DNA of 64,000 nucleotides from an uncultured Gammaproteobacteria bacterium (GTDB lineage Bacteria > Patescibacteriota > Patescibacteriia > UBA9934). A program made the translations under genes and the position numbers. The stretch spans positions 8,895-72,894 of the forward strand of contig CAZTKG010000001.1 in assembly GCA_964613815.1 (NCBI GenBank), read 5' to 3'. Below, piece after piece: positions 16,098 through 25,203 of the stretch (the stretch's first letter is position 1; each line of letters opens with the position of its first letter). Below the pieces are notes generated by a model. The model was not told the origin of the DNA and did not search any database. It saw nothing but the letters and a program-made list of their open reading frames with translations.

Positions 16098-17561
16098 ATG
16101 AAAAAAGCTTCAGCTTTAGCGAAAAATACGTTCTATTTGACGCTTGCGATGATTGGGCAGAAAGTGATTGCCTTTCTTTATTTTGCGCTCATTGCTCGAT
16201 ACATGGGGGCCGGGGATACGGGGGCGTATTTTTTGGCGTTGGCGGTGGTTACGGTGCTGACGGTGCTCGATGATGTGGGGGTGACAAGCGTGCTTATTCG
16301 TGAGGTGGCGAAGAAGACGAATGATGCGAAGGTCTGGTGTCGGACGGTGATGGGGGTGAAGGTGGTTACGGTGCCGCTGATGATTTTGATGGCGTTTTTG
16401 GTCCCATCCGTGTTTGGATATGAAGATGGCGTAGCGAAATTGATTCAACTTGCGCTTATTGTGATGGTGGCGGATTCGTTTACGATTTCTTGGTATGGCG
16501 TTTTGCGAGGGCTCCAGAAATTGAAGTTTGAGGCGCTTGGCGTGTTTGTTGGGCAGATTTTGATTGCGGCTGTTGGTGTTGGATGGCTTTTGACGGGGAC
16601 GGCCACGTTGCCTATTTTGATTCTAGCGCTTGCGGCTGGGAGTGTTTGGAATATGTGTTTTAGTGGGTTTTGGATTGCGCGGCATTTGGGGTTGGGGGCG
16701 TTTGTGCCTGGGTATGCGATGGGTTGGAAGCCTTTGAAGATGGCGTTTGCGTTTTTCTTAGCAGCCGTGTTTGTGAAGGTGTACTCGTATGTTGATAGTT
16801 TGATTTTGTCGATGGAGCTTGGGAATGATGCCGTTGGACGGTATGCGGTGGCGTATAAGTTGACGTATGCGTTTCAGTTTTTTCCGTTAGCGTTTGTAGG
16901 GGCGCTTTATCCGGCGATGAGTTCTTGCGCGCGGGATAAGGAGCGATTGAAGCATGTGTTTTTGCAAGCGCTTTGGTATTTGGCGATTATTGGGTTTCCG
17001 ATTGTGTTTGGGATTTGGGCGATGGCGCCGGAGATTATTGGATTGTTTTATGGAGCTGATTATTCGGCGTCGGTTTTGCCGTTGCAAATATTGATCTTTG
17101 TTCTTCTGTTCTTGTTTTTGGATTTTCCGATTGGATCTTTGCTTAACGCTTGTGATCGGCAGGGGACGAAGACGGCGATCATGGGTGGGACGATGGTGGT
17201 TAATGTGGTGGCGAATTTGATGTTGATTCCGATGTATGGCGTGGAAGGAGCGGCGATTGCAGGACTGATTAGTTTTGCATTCCTTTTCTTTGCTGGATGG
17301 GTGTTTATGCAGTCGGTTGTGCGTGTGACGATGGTTGATCTTTGGCGAAGTGTTGGGATGGTGTTGTTGATTTCGATTTTGATGGCGGTCTGTGTGGTGC
17401 TTGTTAAGGCGTGGGTGCATATGCTTGTCGCGATTGGTGTGGGAGCCGTTTTGTATGCCCTGTTATTGGTTTTATGTGGTGTTGTTCGAAAGGAGCACTT
17501 GGCACTCTTTATGTCGATTGTAAAACCTTCGTATGAAGCGCGTATTTCTTCCGACGTTTGA
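16098..17561 (+). CDS. Wzx-like oligosaccharide/polysaccharide flippase (MOP superfamily)
   Basis: About 14 TM helices in a polysaccharide-biosynthesis-protein layout; start taken at MKKASALAKNTF. Confidence 0.65.
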   Translation: MKKASALAKNTFYLTLAMIGQKVIAFLYFALIARYMGAGDTGAYFLALAVVTVLTVLDDVGVTSVLIREVAKKTNDAKVWCRTVMGVKVVTVPLMILMAFLVPSVFGYEDGVAKLIQLALIVMVADSFTISWYGVLRGLQKLKFEALGVFVGQILIAAVGVGWLLTGTATLPILILALAAGSVWNMCFSGFWIARHLGLGAFVPGYAMGWKPLKMAFAFFLAAVFVKVYSYVDSLILSMELGNDAVGRYAVAYKLTYAFQFFPLAFVGALYPAMSSCARDKERLKHVFLQALWYLAIIGFPIVFGIWAMAPEIIGLFYGADYSASVLPLQILIFVLLFLFLDFPIGSLLNACDRQGTKTAIMGGTMVVNVVANLMLIPMYGVEGAAIAGLISFAFLFFAGWVFMQSVVRVTMVDLWRSVGMVLLISILMAVCVVLVKAWVHMLVAIGVGAVLYALLLVLCGVVRKEHLALFMSIVKPSYEARISSDV

Positions 17562-18525
17562 GGGGCCTGATGGGGCGGGAGGGATTGGACGATACATTAA
17601 GGCGATTGCCGCGGAGTATCCGAGTGTTGATATTTGTGTCTGGGAAGCTGATAAGGGTCGATTTTGGTATTTTAAGGAGATGCTTCGAGCAAGGAAGCTG
17701 TTTGATGGTGTTTGGGTGCATCATGTGTTGCCGCTTGGGACATTTGCGTTGCTTGCACGTGTGAATTTTGTTGTGTTTTTGCATGGGATGGATTTTGATC
17801 TTGCTCGACGAAATTCTTGGAAGCGATGGCTTTTACGGAAGGTTTTGGTGAGGGCGAAGCGTGTTGTGGTGAATTCTTGCGCGCTTCGTGATGAGGTTAT
17901 GTTGTTTTGCGGGGTTGAAGCGATTGTCGTGTTTCCGTGTTTGGATGATTCTTTTGCTGCGGTTCCAGAGGTGGATCGTGGGGACGATTGTAAGCATCCT
18001 GTTGTGTTTTTGACGGTTGCCCGGCTTGTAGAACGGAAAGGGCATGTGAAAGTGCTTGAGGTTATCAAGAGCTTGCCTGATGTTCAGTATTGGATTGTTG
18101 GCGGCGGTGCGTATGCGCATGCGTTGCAGCGTCATGTGGAGAGACTTGGGCTTTCGGAGCGTGTGTTGCTTCTTGGAAAGGTGGATGATGATCAGCTCAA
18201 GGAGTGTTATCGATCAGCTGATGTGTTTGTGATGCCGACGTCTCAGACGGATCATGATCGAGAGGGGTTTGGGATTGTGTATTTGGAAGCAGGAGCATTT
18301 GGATTGCCTGTGATTGCAACTGACCTTGTTGGGGTGAATGAGGCGGTTGAGCATGGGGTTAATGGACTTTTGGTGGGTGAGGGATGTACGCTTGAGAGAG
18401 CGATTGCTCGACTTTTGCATGCGCCAGAGTTGCGTCGGGAGCTTGGGAAGCGAGGACGAGGGCGGGCGTTGCATCGTTTTTCTCGGAATGTTCAAATGGG
18501 GAAGCTTAAGGTGCTTTTTGAATAG
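17533..18525 (+). CDS. family 4 glycosyltransferase
   Basis: EX7E region EGFGIVYLEAGAFGLPVIATD plus GT4 Rossmann C-domain motifs. Confidence 0.8.
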   Translation: MKRVFLPTFEGPDGAGGIGRYIKAIAAEYPSVDICVWEADKGRFWYFKEMLRARKLFDGVWVHHVLPLGTFALLARVNFVVFLHGMDFDLARRNSWKRWLLRKVLVRAKRVVVNSCALRDEVMLFCGVEAIVVFPCLDDSFAAVPEVDRGDDCKHPVVFLTVARLVERKGHVKVLEVIKSLPDVQYWIVGGGAYAHALQRHVERLGLSERVLLLGKVDDDQLKECYRSADVFVMPTSQTDHDREGFGIVYLEAGAFGLPVIATDLVGVNEAVEHGVNGLLVGEGCTLERAIARLLHAPELRRELGKRGRGRALHRFSRNVQMGKLKVLFE

Positions 18526-18526
18526 T

Positions 18527-19225
18527 ATGAAGCTTGTATCTATTATTATTCCTAGTTATCAGCATGCGAAGGCGCTTCGTGTGTGTTTGGGGAGCGTAAC
18601 TCAGCAAAGCTATGATGAGGTTGAAGTGATTGTGGTTGATGATGGGTCAACGGATGAAACGAAGGAGGTGGTGAAGATGTTTGATGGGGTTCGGTATGTG
18701 TATCAGGAGAATGCGGGGCCGCAGGTGGCTCGGAATCGGGGGTTTGATGAGAGTCGGGGGGAATTTGTGATTTTTTGTGATGCGGACGTGGTGATGCAGC
18801 CTGGGATGATTGAGAAGATGGTGAAGGCGCTTGATGGTGGGGATGTGGCGTATGTGTATAGTGGGTTTCGGTTTGGGTGGAAGGTGTTTGGTGCGGTGGA
18901 ATTTGACGAGAAGAAGTTGAAAACACATAATTTTATTCATACAACGAGTTTGATACGTCGGGAGGTGTTTCCGGGGTTTGATGTGAAGGTGAAGCGGCTT
19001 CAGGATTGGGATTTGTGGTTGACGCTGCTTGAGAATGGGCATCGAGGGGTGTGTATTGATGAGGTGTTGTTTGCGGTTCAGGTGGATGGGGAGAGTCGGG
19101 TTGGGTCGTCTTGGTTGCCGCGGTTTATGTATGGAGCGGTTTGGCGGAAGGTGTTTGGGTGGGTGCCGGCACTTCGAACGTATGAGGCTGCTCGGGAGGT
19201 TATTTTTGAGAAGCATGGGTTATGA
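18527..19225 (+). CDS. family 2 glycosyltransferase
   Basis: MKLVSIIIPSYQHAKALRVCLGSVTQQSYDEVEVIVVDDGSTDET...FCDADV; the ORF-track start at 18338 is rejected. Confidence 0.75.
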   Translation: MKLVSIIIPSYQHAKALRVCLGSVTQQSYDEVEVIVVDDGSTDETKEVVKMFDGVRYVYQENAGPQVARNRGFDESRGEFVIFCDADVVMQPGMIEKMVKALDGGDVAYVYSGFRFGWKVFGAVEFDEKKLKTHNFIHTTSLIRREVFPGFDVKVKRLQDWDLWLTLLENGHRGVCIDEVLFAVQVDGESRVGSSWLPRFMYGAVWRKVFGWVPALRTYEAAREVIFEKHGL

Positions 19226-20067
19226 ATAAAGAGCTTTCCGTGATTGTGGTGACGTTTAATGAGGCTGAGAATGTCCTGCGGGCTTGTTTTGGGTCGGTTC
19301 GGGAGAGTGAGGTCGGGTGTGAGTTGATCGTGGTTGATAACGGATCTCGGAAGGCGACAGCTGATATCGTTGAGGCGTATAATGGGCGGTATGTTGATAT
19401 GGGGCGGAATGCGGGATTTGCGGCGGCGGTGAATGCGGGGATGAAGGTTCGTGGAGCTCGAGATGTGCTTTTGTTGAATCCTGATGCGCGGTTTGAGAAA
19501 GGGGTGCTTCGGAAGGTTTATGATCGGTTTAGAGGCGATGAAGATGTTGGGATTGGGAGCTCGGTGATTCGGTATCCGGATGGGCGTTTGCAAGAGAGCA
19601 TTCGGCGGTTTCCGACTGTTTTTGATCAATTGTTGATTTTGATGAAGGTGCCGCATGTGATGCAGTCGAAGACGATTGATCGGTATATGATGCGGGATGT
19701 TGATGCGCTCGGGACGCGTGATGTGGATTCGATTATGGGCGCGTTTATGCTCATTAAGGGTGATTTGATAGATGACATTGGGATGTTTGATGAGCGGTAT
19801 TTTATTTGGTTTGAAGAAGTGGATTACTGCAAAATGACGGTGGATGCGGGATGGAAGGTGCGACATTATGGAGATGTGGAGGTGGAACATCTGAAGGGGC
19901 ATGCGTTTAGTCGGCAAGCGACGTGGCGGAAGCAGCGATGGATGCGGGAGAGTTTGCGGAAGTATGTGCGGAAGCATTTAGGATTTGGGGCTTGGGTGTT
20001 TTTTTGGGGGATGACGCCGGTGTTTATTTTGATGGCTGCGGTGTCGTCGGTGGTTAAGCCGAGGTGA
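19222..20067 (+). CDS. family 2 glycosyltransferase (rhamnosyltransferase-like)
   Basis: LSVIVVTFNEAENVLRACFGSV...LIVVDNGS...LLLNPDARF. Confidence 0.75.
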   Translation: MNKELSVIVVTFNEAENVLRACFGSVRESEVGCELIVVDNGSRKATADIVEAYNGRYVDMGRNAGFAAAVNAGMKVRGARDVLLLNPDARFEKGVLRKVYDRFRGDEDVGIGSSVIRYPDGRLQESIRRFPTVFDQLLILMKVPHVMQSKTIDRYMMRDVDALGTRDVDSIMGAFMLIKGDLIDDIGMFDERYFIWFEEVDYCKMTVDAGWKVRHYGDVEVEHLKGHAFSRQATWRKQRWMRESLRKYVRKHLGFGAWVFFWGMTPVFILMAAVSSVVKPR

Positions 20068-20074
20068 TGTCTTT

Positions 20075-20158
20075 TTCCCATCTCGACCGAACGAAGTGAG
20101 TGGAGAGATCTGATTGTGGCAGAGCTGCGAGATCTCTCCGCGTTGGTCGAGATGGGAA
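20075..20158. repeat. RPE-like palindromic element, copy 2
   Basis: CCCATCTCGACC..GGAGAGATCT-(18 nt)-AGATCTCTCC..GGTCGAGATGGGAA. It fills the entire GT2/ligase intergenic region. Confidence 0.8.
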
Positions 20159-20166
20159 GTGGATAT

Positions 20167-21849
20167 ATGCTAGATCAATTTTTTGGAACATATACGTGGT
20201 GGACGGTTGGAGGCATTGTTGGGGTGTTTTTGTTGGCGCTTTTTGGGAAGATCGCGGGTTTGTCGGCGCTTGTTTTGATGTTGCTTGGAGTTTTGATTGC
20301 GTATGCTGCGTGGAATTCATTGGAAGTTGGGATGTTTGTCGCGTTTGTGGAGATGTTTGTTGGGGGGCATGGGCGATTGCTAGCTATGGAGGTGCTTGGG
20401 TTTTCGATGAGTTTGCGGATGGTGATTTTTGGCGTTGTGATGGGGGTGTTTTTGGTGCGGTTTTTGCAAGGTCGATTTAAGATCAATATTTTGCCTTGGC
20501 GGGACGGGCCTTGGATGCTTTTGATGGCTGCGGTGGTTTTGGGGGTTGTTGTGGGAGGGTTTGATCATGATGGAGGCGCGGTATTTGATGATGCGAATGG
20601 GTTTTTGGTTGTTGGCTACTTACTTCCTGTGATTGCAATTCGGTGGACGGCTGCATGGCGGCATCGGATGTTGCAGGCTTGTATGGGGGCGTATGTTTGG
20701 GTGACGGGTTTGACGCTTGGACTTGGATATTTGTTTACGCATTTACCAGGGAAGGCGCTTGATTTTGTATATAAGTTTGTGCGAGATGGGCGGATTGCGG
20801 AGGTGACGTTGCAGACGGTCGGGCATTTTGAAGGGGGGAGGTTTTATGAAGTTTTGATTGCTATGCTGGGGGATGGAGGGTATTGGTTTCGGGTGTTTTT
20901 GCCGAATCAGTTTACGATTTTGATTGGGATGTTTTTGCTTCTCGGTGCGGTGGTTTGGAGTAAGAAAGGGCAGTTGTCGGGACGTGTGATGCTGGTTGTT
21001 GGTGGTTTGATTGGGAGTGGGGCTGCGGCTCTTTTGCTTGGGGGATCGCGGAGTTTTTTGGTGGGAGTTTTGGCTGGTGGGGTTTGTTTGGTGGTTTTGA
21101 TGGTTCTTTCCCATCTCGACCGACCGCAGGGAGTGGAGAGATCTCTCCGCGTTGGTCGAGATGGGAGGATGGATGGTGTAATGAAGATTTTGATGATTGG
21201 TGTTGGGTCGTGTTTGGTTGCGTTCATGACGGCTTGGATTGTGGTGGAATTGCCGGTTCCTGCACGGCCTGATTTGAGTGATGCGTATTTTTACAGTACT
21301 TCTGCCGATGAGGGGCGGGCGAGTGCGGTGGCAAGTCGGTGGGATTTGCTTGATCCGATGATGGATGAGATTAAGGGCGCGCCGATGTTGGGATCTGGTT
21401 TTGGAGAAGAGATTACGTATCAGAGTAGCGATCCACGTGTGATTGCAGAGACTGGGGGCGGAGAGTGGACGACGTATCGGTTTGAGTGGGGGTATTTGGA
21501 TATTTGGTTGAAGATGGGAGTCTTGGGGGTGTTGGCGTTTGGGTGGTATTTGATGTCGATTTTTGTGGGCGTGCGACGGTTTGGTAGAGATCGAATATGG
21601 CTTGGGGTGGCTTTGATGTCGGCTGTTGTTGCGCTTTTTGGGACGCATATATTTTCGCCGTATTTGAATCACCCGATTGGGATTGGGTTTATGGTGTTTG
21701 TGTTGGTGTTTTTTGATGGTAGCGATGATGTCCGGCGAGGGAGGGTTGTTGATGAGGTTTTGGAAAAAATGGATTACGTTCGTGTTTCGGTTGGAGCCAC
21801 TTTTGGGCCGGCCGGACAAAAAGTGGTTCGGGAAGGTTTGGAAAAATAA
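20167..21849 (+). CDS. O-antigen ligase/polymerase-like (Wzy_C domain) membrane protein carrying an in-frame repeat-element insertion
   Basis: LLLGGSRSFLVGVLAGGV (the SR-containing helix) ... [element-encoded SHLDRPQGVERSLRVGRDGRMDG] ... MLGSGFGEEITY...EWGYLDIWLKMGVLGVL (GxGxG and ligase C-terminal motif). Start at MLDQFF; the 20116 start lies in repeat copy 2. Confidence 0.65.
   Translation: MLDQFFGTYTWWTVGGIVGVFLLALFGKIAGLSALVLMLLGVLIAYAAWNSLEVGMFVAFVEMFVGGHGRLLAMEVLGFSMSLRMVIFGVVMGVFLVRFLQGRFKINILPWRDGPWMLLMAAVVLGVVVGGFDHDGGAVFDDANGFLVVGYLLPVIAIRWTAAWRHRMLQACMGAYVWVTGLTLGLGYLFTHLPGKALDFVYKFVRDGRIAEVTLQTVGHFEGGRFYEVLIAMLGDGGYWFRVFLPNQFTILIGMFLLLGAVVWSKKGQLSGRVMLVVGGLIGSGAAALLLGGSRSFLVGVLAGGVCLVVLMVLSHLDRPQGVERSLRVGRDGRMDGVMKILMIGVGSCLVAFMTAWIVVELPVPARPDLSDAYFYSTSADEGRASAVASRWDLLDPMMDEIKGAPMLGSGFGEEITYQSSDPRVIAETGGGEWTTYRFEWGYLDIWLKMGVLGVLAFGWYLMSIFVGVRRFGRDRIWLGVALMSAVVALFGTHIFSPYLNHPIGIGFMVFVLVFFDGSDDVRRGRVVDEVLEKMDYVRVSVGATFGPAGQKVVREGLEK
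21107..21168. repeat. RPE-like palindromic element, copy 3 (short form, inside the ligase-like CDS)
   Basis: CCCATCTCGACC GACCGCAGGGAGT GGAGAGATCTCTCC GCGTT GGTCGAGATGGG: perfect 12 bp terminal inverted repeats and a central 14 bp palindrome. It is read through without a stop. Confidence 0.8.
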
Positions 21850-21929
21850 AACCACGTGAGCCGAAGCTTTTACGTGGTCGGTGCGAAGCGAAGCGCGGCA
21901 TGGCTCTGCGAAGCTACGCGCTGTGCATT

Positions 21930-22607
21930 CTAGAAACGTTTTGTGGAGCTTTGGGTGACGTCGGTGAAGGCGAGGCCGATGTTGTGGTCGTCTTTGTCCC
22001 GTGAGGTTGCGGTTTCCTCTGGGAAGCCCATTTGGCGAGCGAGCGCTTCTGTGTCGATGCCGAAGCCGTGGGCTGAAAGATGGACGCCGATTCTTCGCAT
22101 CTGAGCACATTGGGATGGAAGCGCGAGAAGTGTTCCTTGTCTTGATCCTCGGTCGTCGCCGTCGGTGAAGAGATGGAGGTGTGCTCGAACTGGATGTTCT
22201 CTTGAGATGTTCTGTATGCAGTACACGAATTGCAACAGCATGTGACTGCTACCGCAGGTTGCGTCGTGGATTCGGCTGCCGCCTCCGACGTTGAGCGTTC
22301 TTCGTTCGCGGACGCTTCCGGCTTCTGCGAGACCGATATCGATCGCGATGTGTCCGTTGAAAGTGATAATGGAGATGAGATGACGGTTGTTTGTGTCTGC
22401 TGCGAGAGTTCTGATCAGCTCGGCGAGTTCACGCCGAACTGTCTCCATGTGTCTTCTCATCGACGTTGAGCAGTCGATGATCAGCATGGTGATGACGGTC
22501 GGACGGTGATCGATGCGCCCAAGAAGGTTGAGGCATCCACTGGCGATGTCGGACCAACGGTCTCCGGTTGTGTCGCCTTGCATGGTTTCAGTTACTTTGG
22601 TGGACAT
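21930..22607 (-). CDS. von Willebrand factor type A (vWA) domain protein
   Basis: MIDAS DxSxS motif VITMLIIDCSTSM, later LHLFTDGDD. AGGAGA 5 nt upstream of ATGTCCACC. GC-richer than surroundings. Confidence 0.6.
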   Translation of the reverse strand: MSTKVTETMQGDTTGDRWSDIASGCLNLLGRIDHRPTVITMLIIDCSTSMRRHMETVRRELAELIRTLAADTNNRHLISIITFNGHIAIDIGLAEAGSVRERRTLNVGGGSRIHDATCGSSHMLLQFVYCIQNISREHPVRAHLHLFTDGDDRGSRQGTLLALPSQCAQMRRIGVHLSAHGFGIDTEALARQMGFPEETATSRDKDDHNIGLAFTDVTQSSTKRF

Positions 22608-22886
22608 GAAGTCTCCTGTTTGAAAGAGTGAAGGGAGCGTATCTTGTTTTTTCGGTTTTGTCAATGTTTTTTGGTCACTTTCTTGACAGGATCTTCGAGG
22701 GGGTGTAGGGTCGCTATTACATTTGAATATGTTTCATTCAGCAAACAACAACTCAGCCAAATTTTGTGTCGATCTTCGACGCGGATTTGTGACACCTGGA
22801 GGACGAGACGCATTTAAGAATGCGGGGGCTGATTTTGATATGGCGCAGTGTATTGAGTGATTTTAATGAAAATTGAGATCAGTTAA

Positions 22887-22922
22887 GACCCTGCGGTGAT
22901 CGCAGGGTCTTTGTTCTTTTTT
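22887..22922 (+). terminator. intrinsic terminator / attenuator hairpin immediately upstream of the ABC exporter RBS
   Basis: GACCCTGCG-GTGAT-CGCAGGGTC followed by TTTGTTCTTTTTT, then AGGAGA and the ATG at 22934. Confidence 0.55.
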
Positions 22923-22933
22923 AGGAGAATACT

Positions 22934-24791
22934 ATGTCGGAGGAAAATGTGCAGGAGCTGGAGCATCAGGACAAGAAGAGTTTTCTTGATTATACGCGCG
23001 GGATTCGTGCGACGTGGACGCTGATTCAGTGGCTTGGGGAGGCGTTCGTGTCTCGTCGAGCGTTCAAGTACATGACGCGGATGTGGATCTGGGTGATGGT
23101 CGCTCATGCTGTGGGTCTTTTGTATCCGTGGTTTATGGGGCTTGCGATCGAGGAGCTGGCGCATGGGACGCAGGGTTCGTTCCGGTTTCGTGTGTGGGGG
23201 ATGTGCGGGCTGATGGCCTGGGCGACGCTCATGCATTGGCGTCGATGGCACAACGTCGAGATGATGATCGTGGAGAACTTTCGGACGCTTGATCGAGAGT
23301 CTCTTGCGATGTTCTTGCGGAAGTCGCTCGGCTTGCACTTGCAGGAGGATTCAAAGCTTTCGTATGGGAATATGGAGAAGGGGTATAATCGAATCGATAA
23401 GATTCAGAGCTCTCTTCTGTTCGTTGCGATTGATGCGTTTGTGTCGCTTGTACTCATCTCGATCATGATGCTTGTCGTCAGTCCGGTGACGTTTGCGATT
23501 ATGGGGGGGTGTCGCTGTGGTCAATGCATTCATTTCGCTTGTGCTCAATCATCGCATGATTGTGCATGGGGAGGTGATTGATGTGGAGTGGCGCGCCTTG
23601 AATCGATGGCGGTTGCAGTTGATTCGGAATGTGCAGCGGGTGATTACGGTTGGGCGTGTAGAAGAGGTGATCGCGGAGTTTGATCGGCGGTTTATGGAGA
23701 TCGCGCCCAAGGATCACAAGCTGTGGATTCCGTATATGCGTGATAGTAATCTCCGTTCCCTTGTGGGTGTGGTTGGGATTGCGGCGCTTGGGCTCTATGT
23801 CGAGCATGCGTATTACGGTGGCACGATGTCGCTTGCGGTTGCGGTGCCTGTGTTTGCGTGGGCGTCGATGATTACGCAGCTTATCCGTGTGCTGAGTGGC
23901 GTGGAGCGAGAGGTCAACTGGTGTACGCCTGCGGCTCGGTCGTTTATGGAGGCGCTTACGACGGAAGATCCTGTTCAGGACGTTGAAGATCCGCATGTGT
24001 TGCCCTCGGATGAGCTTGCTCGGATTGAGTTTCGCAATGTGAGTCATTCTTATGGTGCTGATCTTGTGCTTCAGAACGTTTCCTTTGTGCTTGAGCCTGG
24101 CAAGACGGTGGCGTTGATTGGGCGAAGTGGGAGCGGGAAGAGTACGCTTGGGAATTTACTCTTGCGTGCGATGGATCCGACTTCTGGTTCGATTCTGGTC
24201 AATGGCGTTGATTTGCGTGAAGTTCAGTATTCGTCTTGGATTCGATTGCTTGGGGTGATTCTGCAGAAGCCTCTGGTGATGGATGGGACGATTCGAGACA
24301 ATTTGTTGTTCGGGATCTTTGAGGCAGATCGTTCGCGGTTTACCGATGAGGTTCTGTGGCAGCTGTTGCGTGATCTTGGGATCGACTTTGGGAAGCGGTT
24401 GAAGGACGGCCTCGACACGCGCGTGGGTCACAACGGCTTGAAGCTTTCGGGGGGAGAGCAGCAGCGGCTTATGATTGCCGCGGCGGTGATTCGTGATCCC
24501 AAGGTGATGCTGATCGATGAGGCGACGAGTTCGCTTGATGCGGTTGCGCAGCGGCAGGTTCAAGAAGGGATTGGTCGGGTGCTTTCTCGCGGCATGAGCG
24601 CTGTGATGATTGCACATCGGCTTTCGACGATTCTTGGGGCTGATATGTTCGTGGTGCTTCGGCCTGTGGATGAGCTTGGTCCTGGCGAGAGTCAGATTGA
24701 GACGATTGCGTATTCGGTCGAGGATTTGCACGCTCGGTCCTTGATTTTCCGTGAGCTTGCTGAGCTTGAGGGACTTCAGATTGGAGGGTGA
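22934..24791 (+). CDS. ABC exporter, fused permease/ATP-binding (MsbA-like), reading frame broken by +1 at a G7 tract (23503..23509)
   Basis: ORFs 22934..23581 and 23493..24791 are one gene. FAIMGG | VAVVNAFISLVL becomes continuous if the tract is G6. Walker A GRSGSGKST, signature LSGGEQQR, Walker B MLIDEATSSLD. Confidence 0.7.
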
Positions 24792-24805
24792 GTTTGGACT
24801 CTGTC

Positions 24806-24832
24806 TCCGGTGATTGTGCCGGAGATTTTTTG
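24806..24832 (+). terminator. intrinsic terminator after the ABC exporter
   Basis: CTCCGG-TGATTGTG-CCGGAG followed by ATTTTTT. Confidence 0.6.
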
Positions 24833-24874
24833 CTTGATACAAAAGTGGTCCGTACGGACCACTTTTGTATCAAG
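24833..24874. repeat. 42 bp perfect palindrome CTTGATACAAAAGTGGTCCGTACGGACCACTTTTGTATCAAG (copy 1); a half-copy lies at 24955..24985
   Basis: Identical to the palindrome at 34854..34897. Both copies lie just 3' of an ABC exporter gene and are followed about 100 bp later by a degenerate right-arm copy. Confidence 0.75.
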
Positions 24875-24995
24875 GAGAGATTTTTGGAATGATGCGCGTT
24901 GTCTTTAGTTTGTGTTTTTTTGGAATGGTTGTTTGTATTGTCTTGTTTTGATTTTGGTCCGTACGGATCATTTATGTATCAAGGTGGATGATTAG

Positions 24996-25025
24996 AAAAA
25001 CCCGTGACTTGTATTGGGTCACGGG
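24996..25025 (-). terminator. intrinsic terminator (- strand), second of a tandem pair downstream of fmt
   Basis: On the - strand: CCCGTGACCCAATACAAGTCACGGG + TTTTT. Confidence 0.5.
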
Positions 25026-25123
25026 ATCGGTGCGTTGCTACGCTTTGCATCGCTTTGCTCGGCGACGCCTAGCTTTGCGTGATGTTTTTATCTTTATTTT
25101 GTAGAAGTGTCAATGGGAATGAT

Positions 25124-25146
25124 AAAATCCCGCATTGGGTGCGGGA
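25124..25146 (-). terminator. intrinsic terminator (- strand) downstream of fmt
   Basis: On the - strand: TCCCGCACCCAATGCGGGA + TTTT. Confidence 0.55.
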
Positions 25147-25203
25147 TCGGTGCGTTGCCGTGCGTTGCGCCGCGAAGCGCAGCGGTGCGATGGCCGTTGT
25201 TGT

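Noticed and set aside
20116-20166. N-terminal 17 residues (MAELRDLSALVEMGSGY) of ORF 20116..21849.
   Set aside because: They are a translation of RPE-like repeat copy 2. The real start is placed at MLDQFF (20167).
22731-22862. 43-codon ORF in the ABC exporter leader as an independent gene.
   Set aside because: No Shine-Dalgarno sequence and no homology. Kept only as a possible leader peptide within the attenuator finding.
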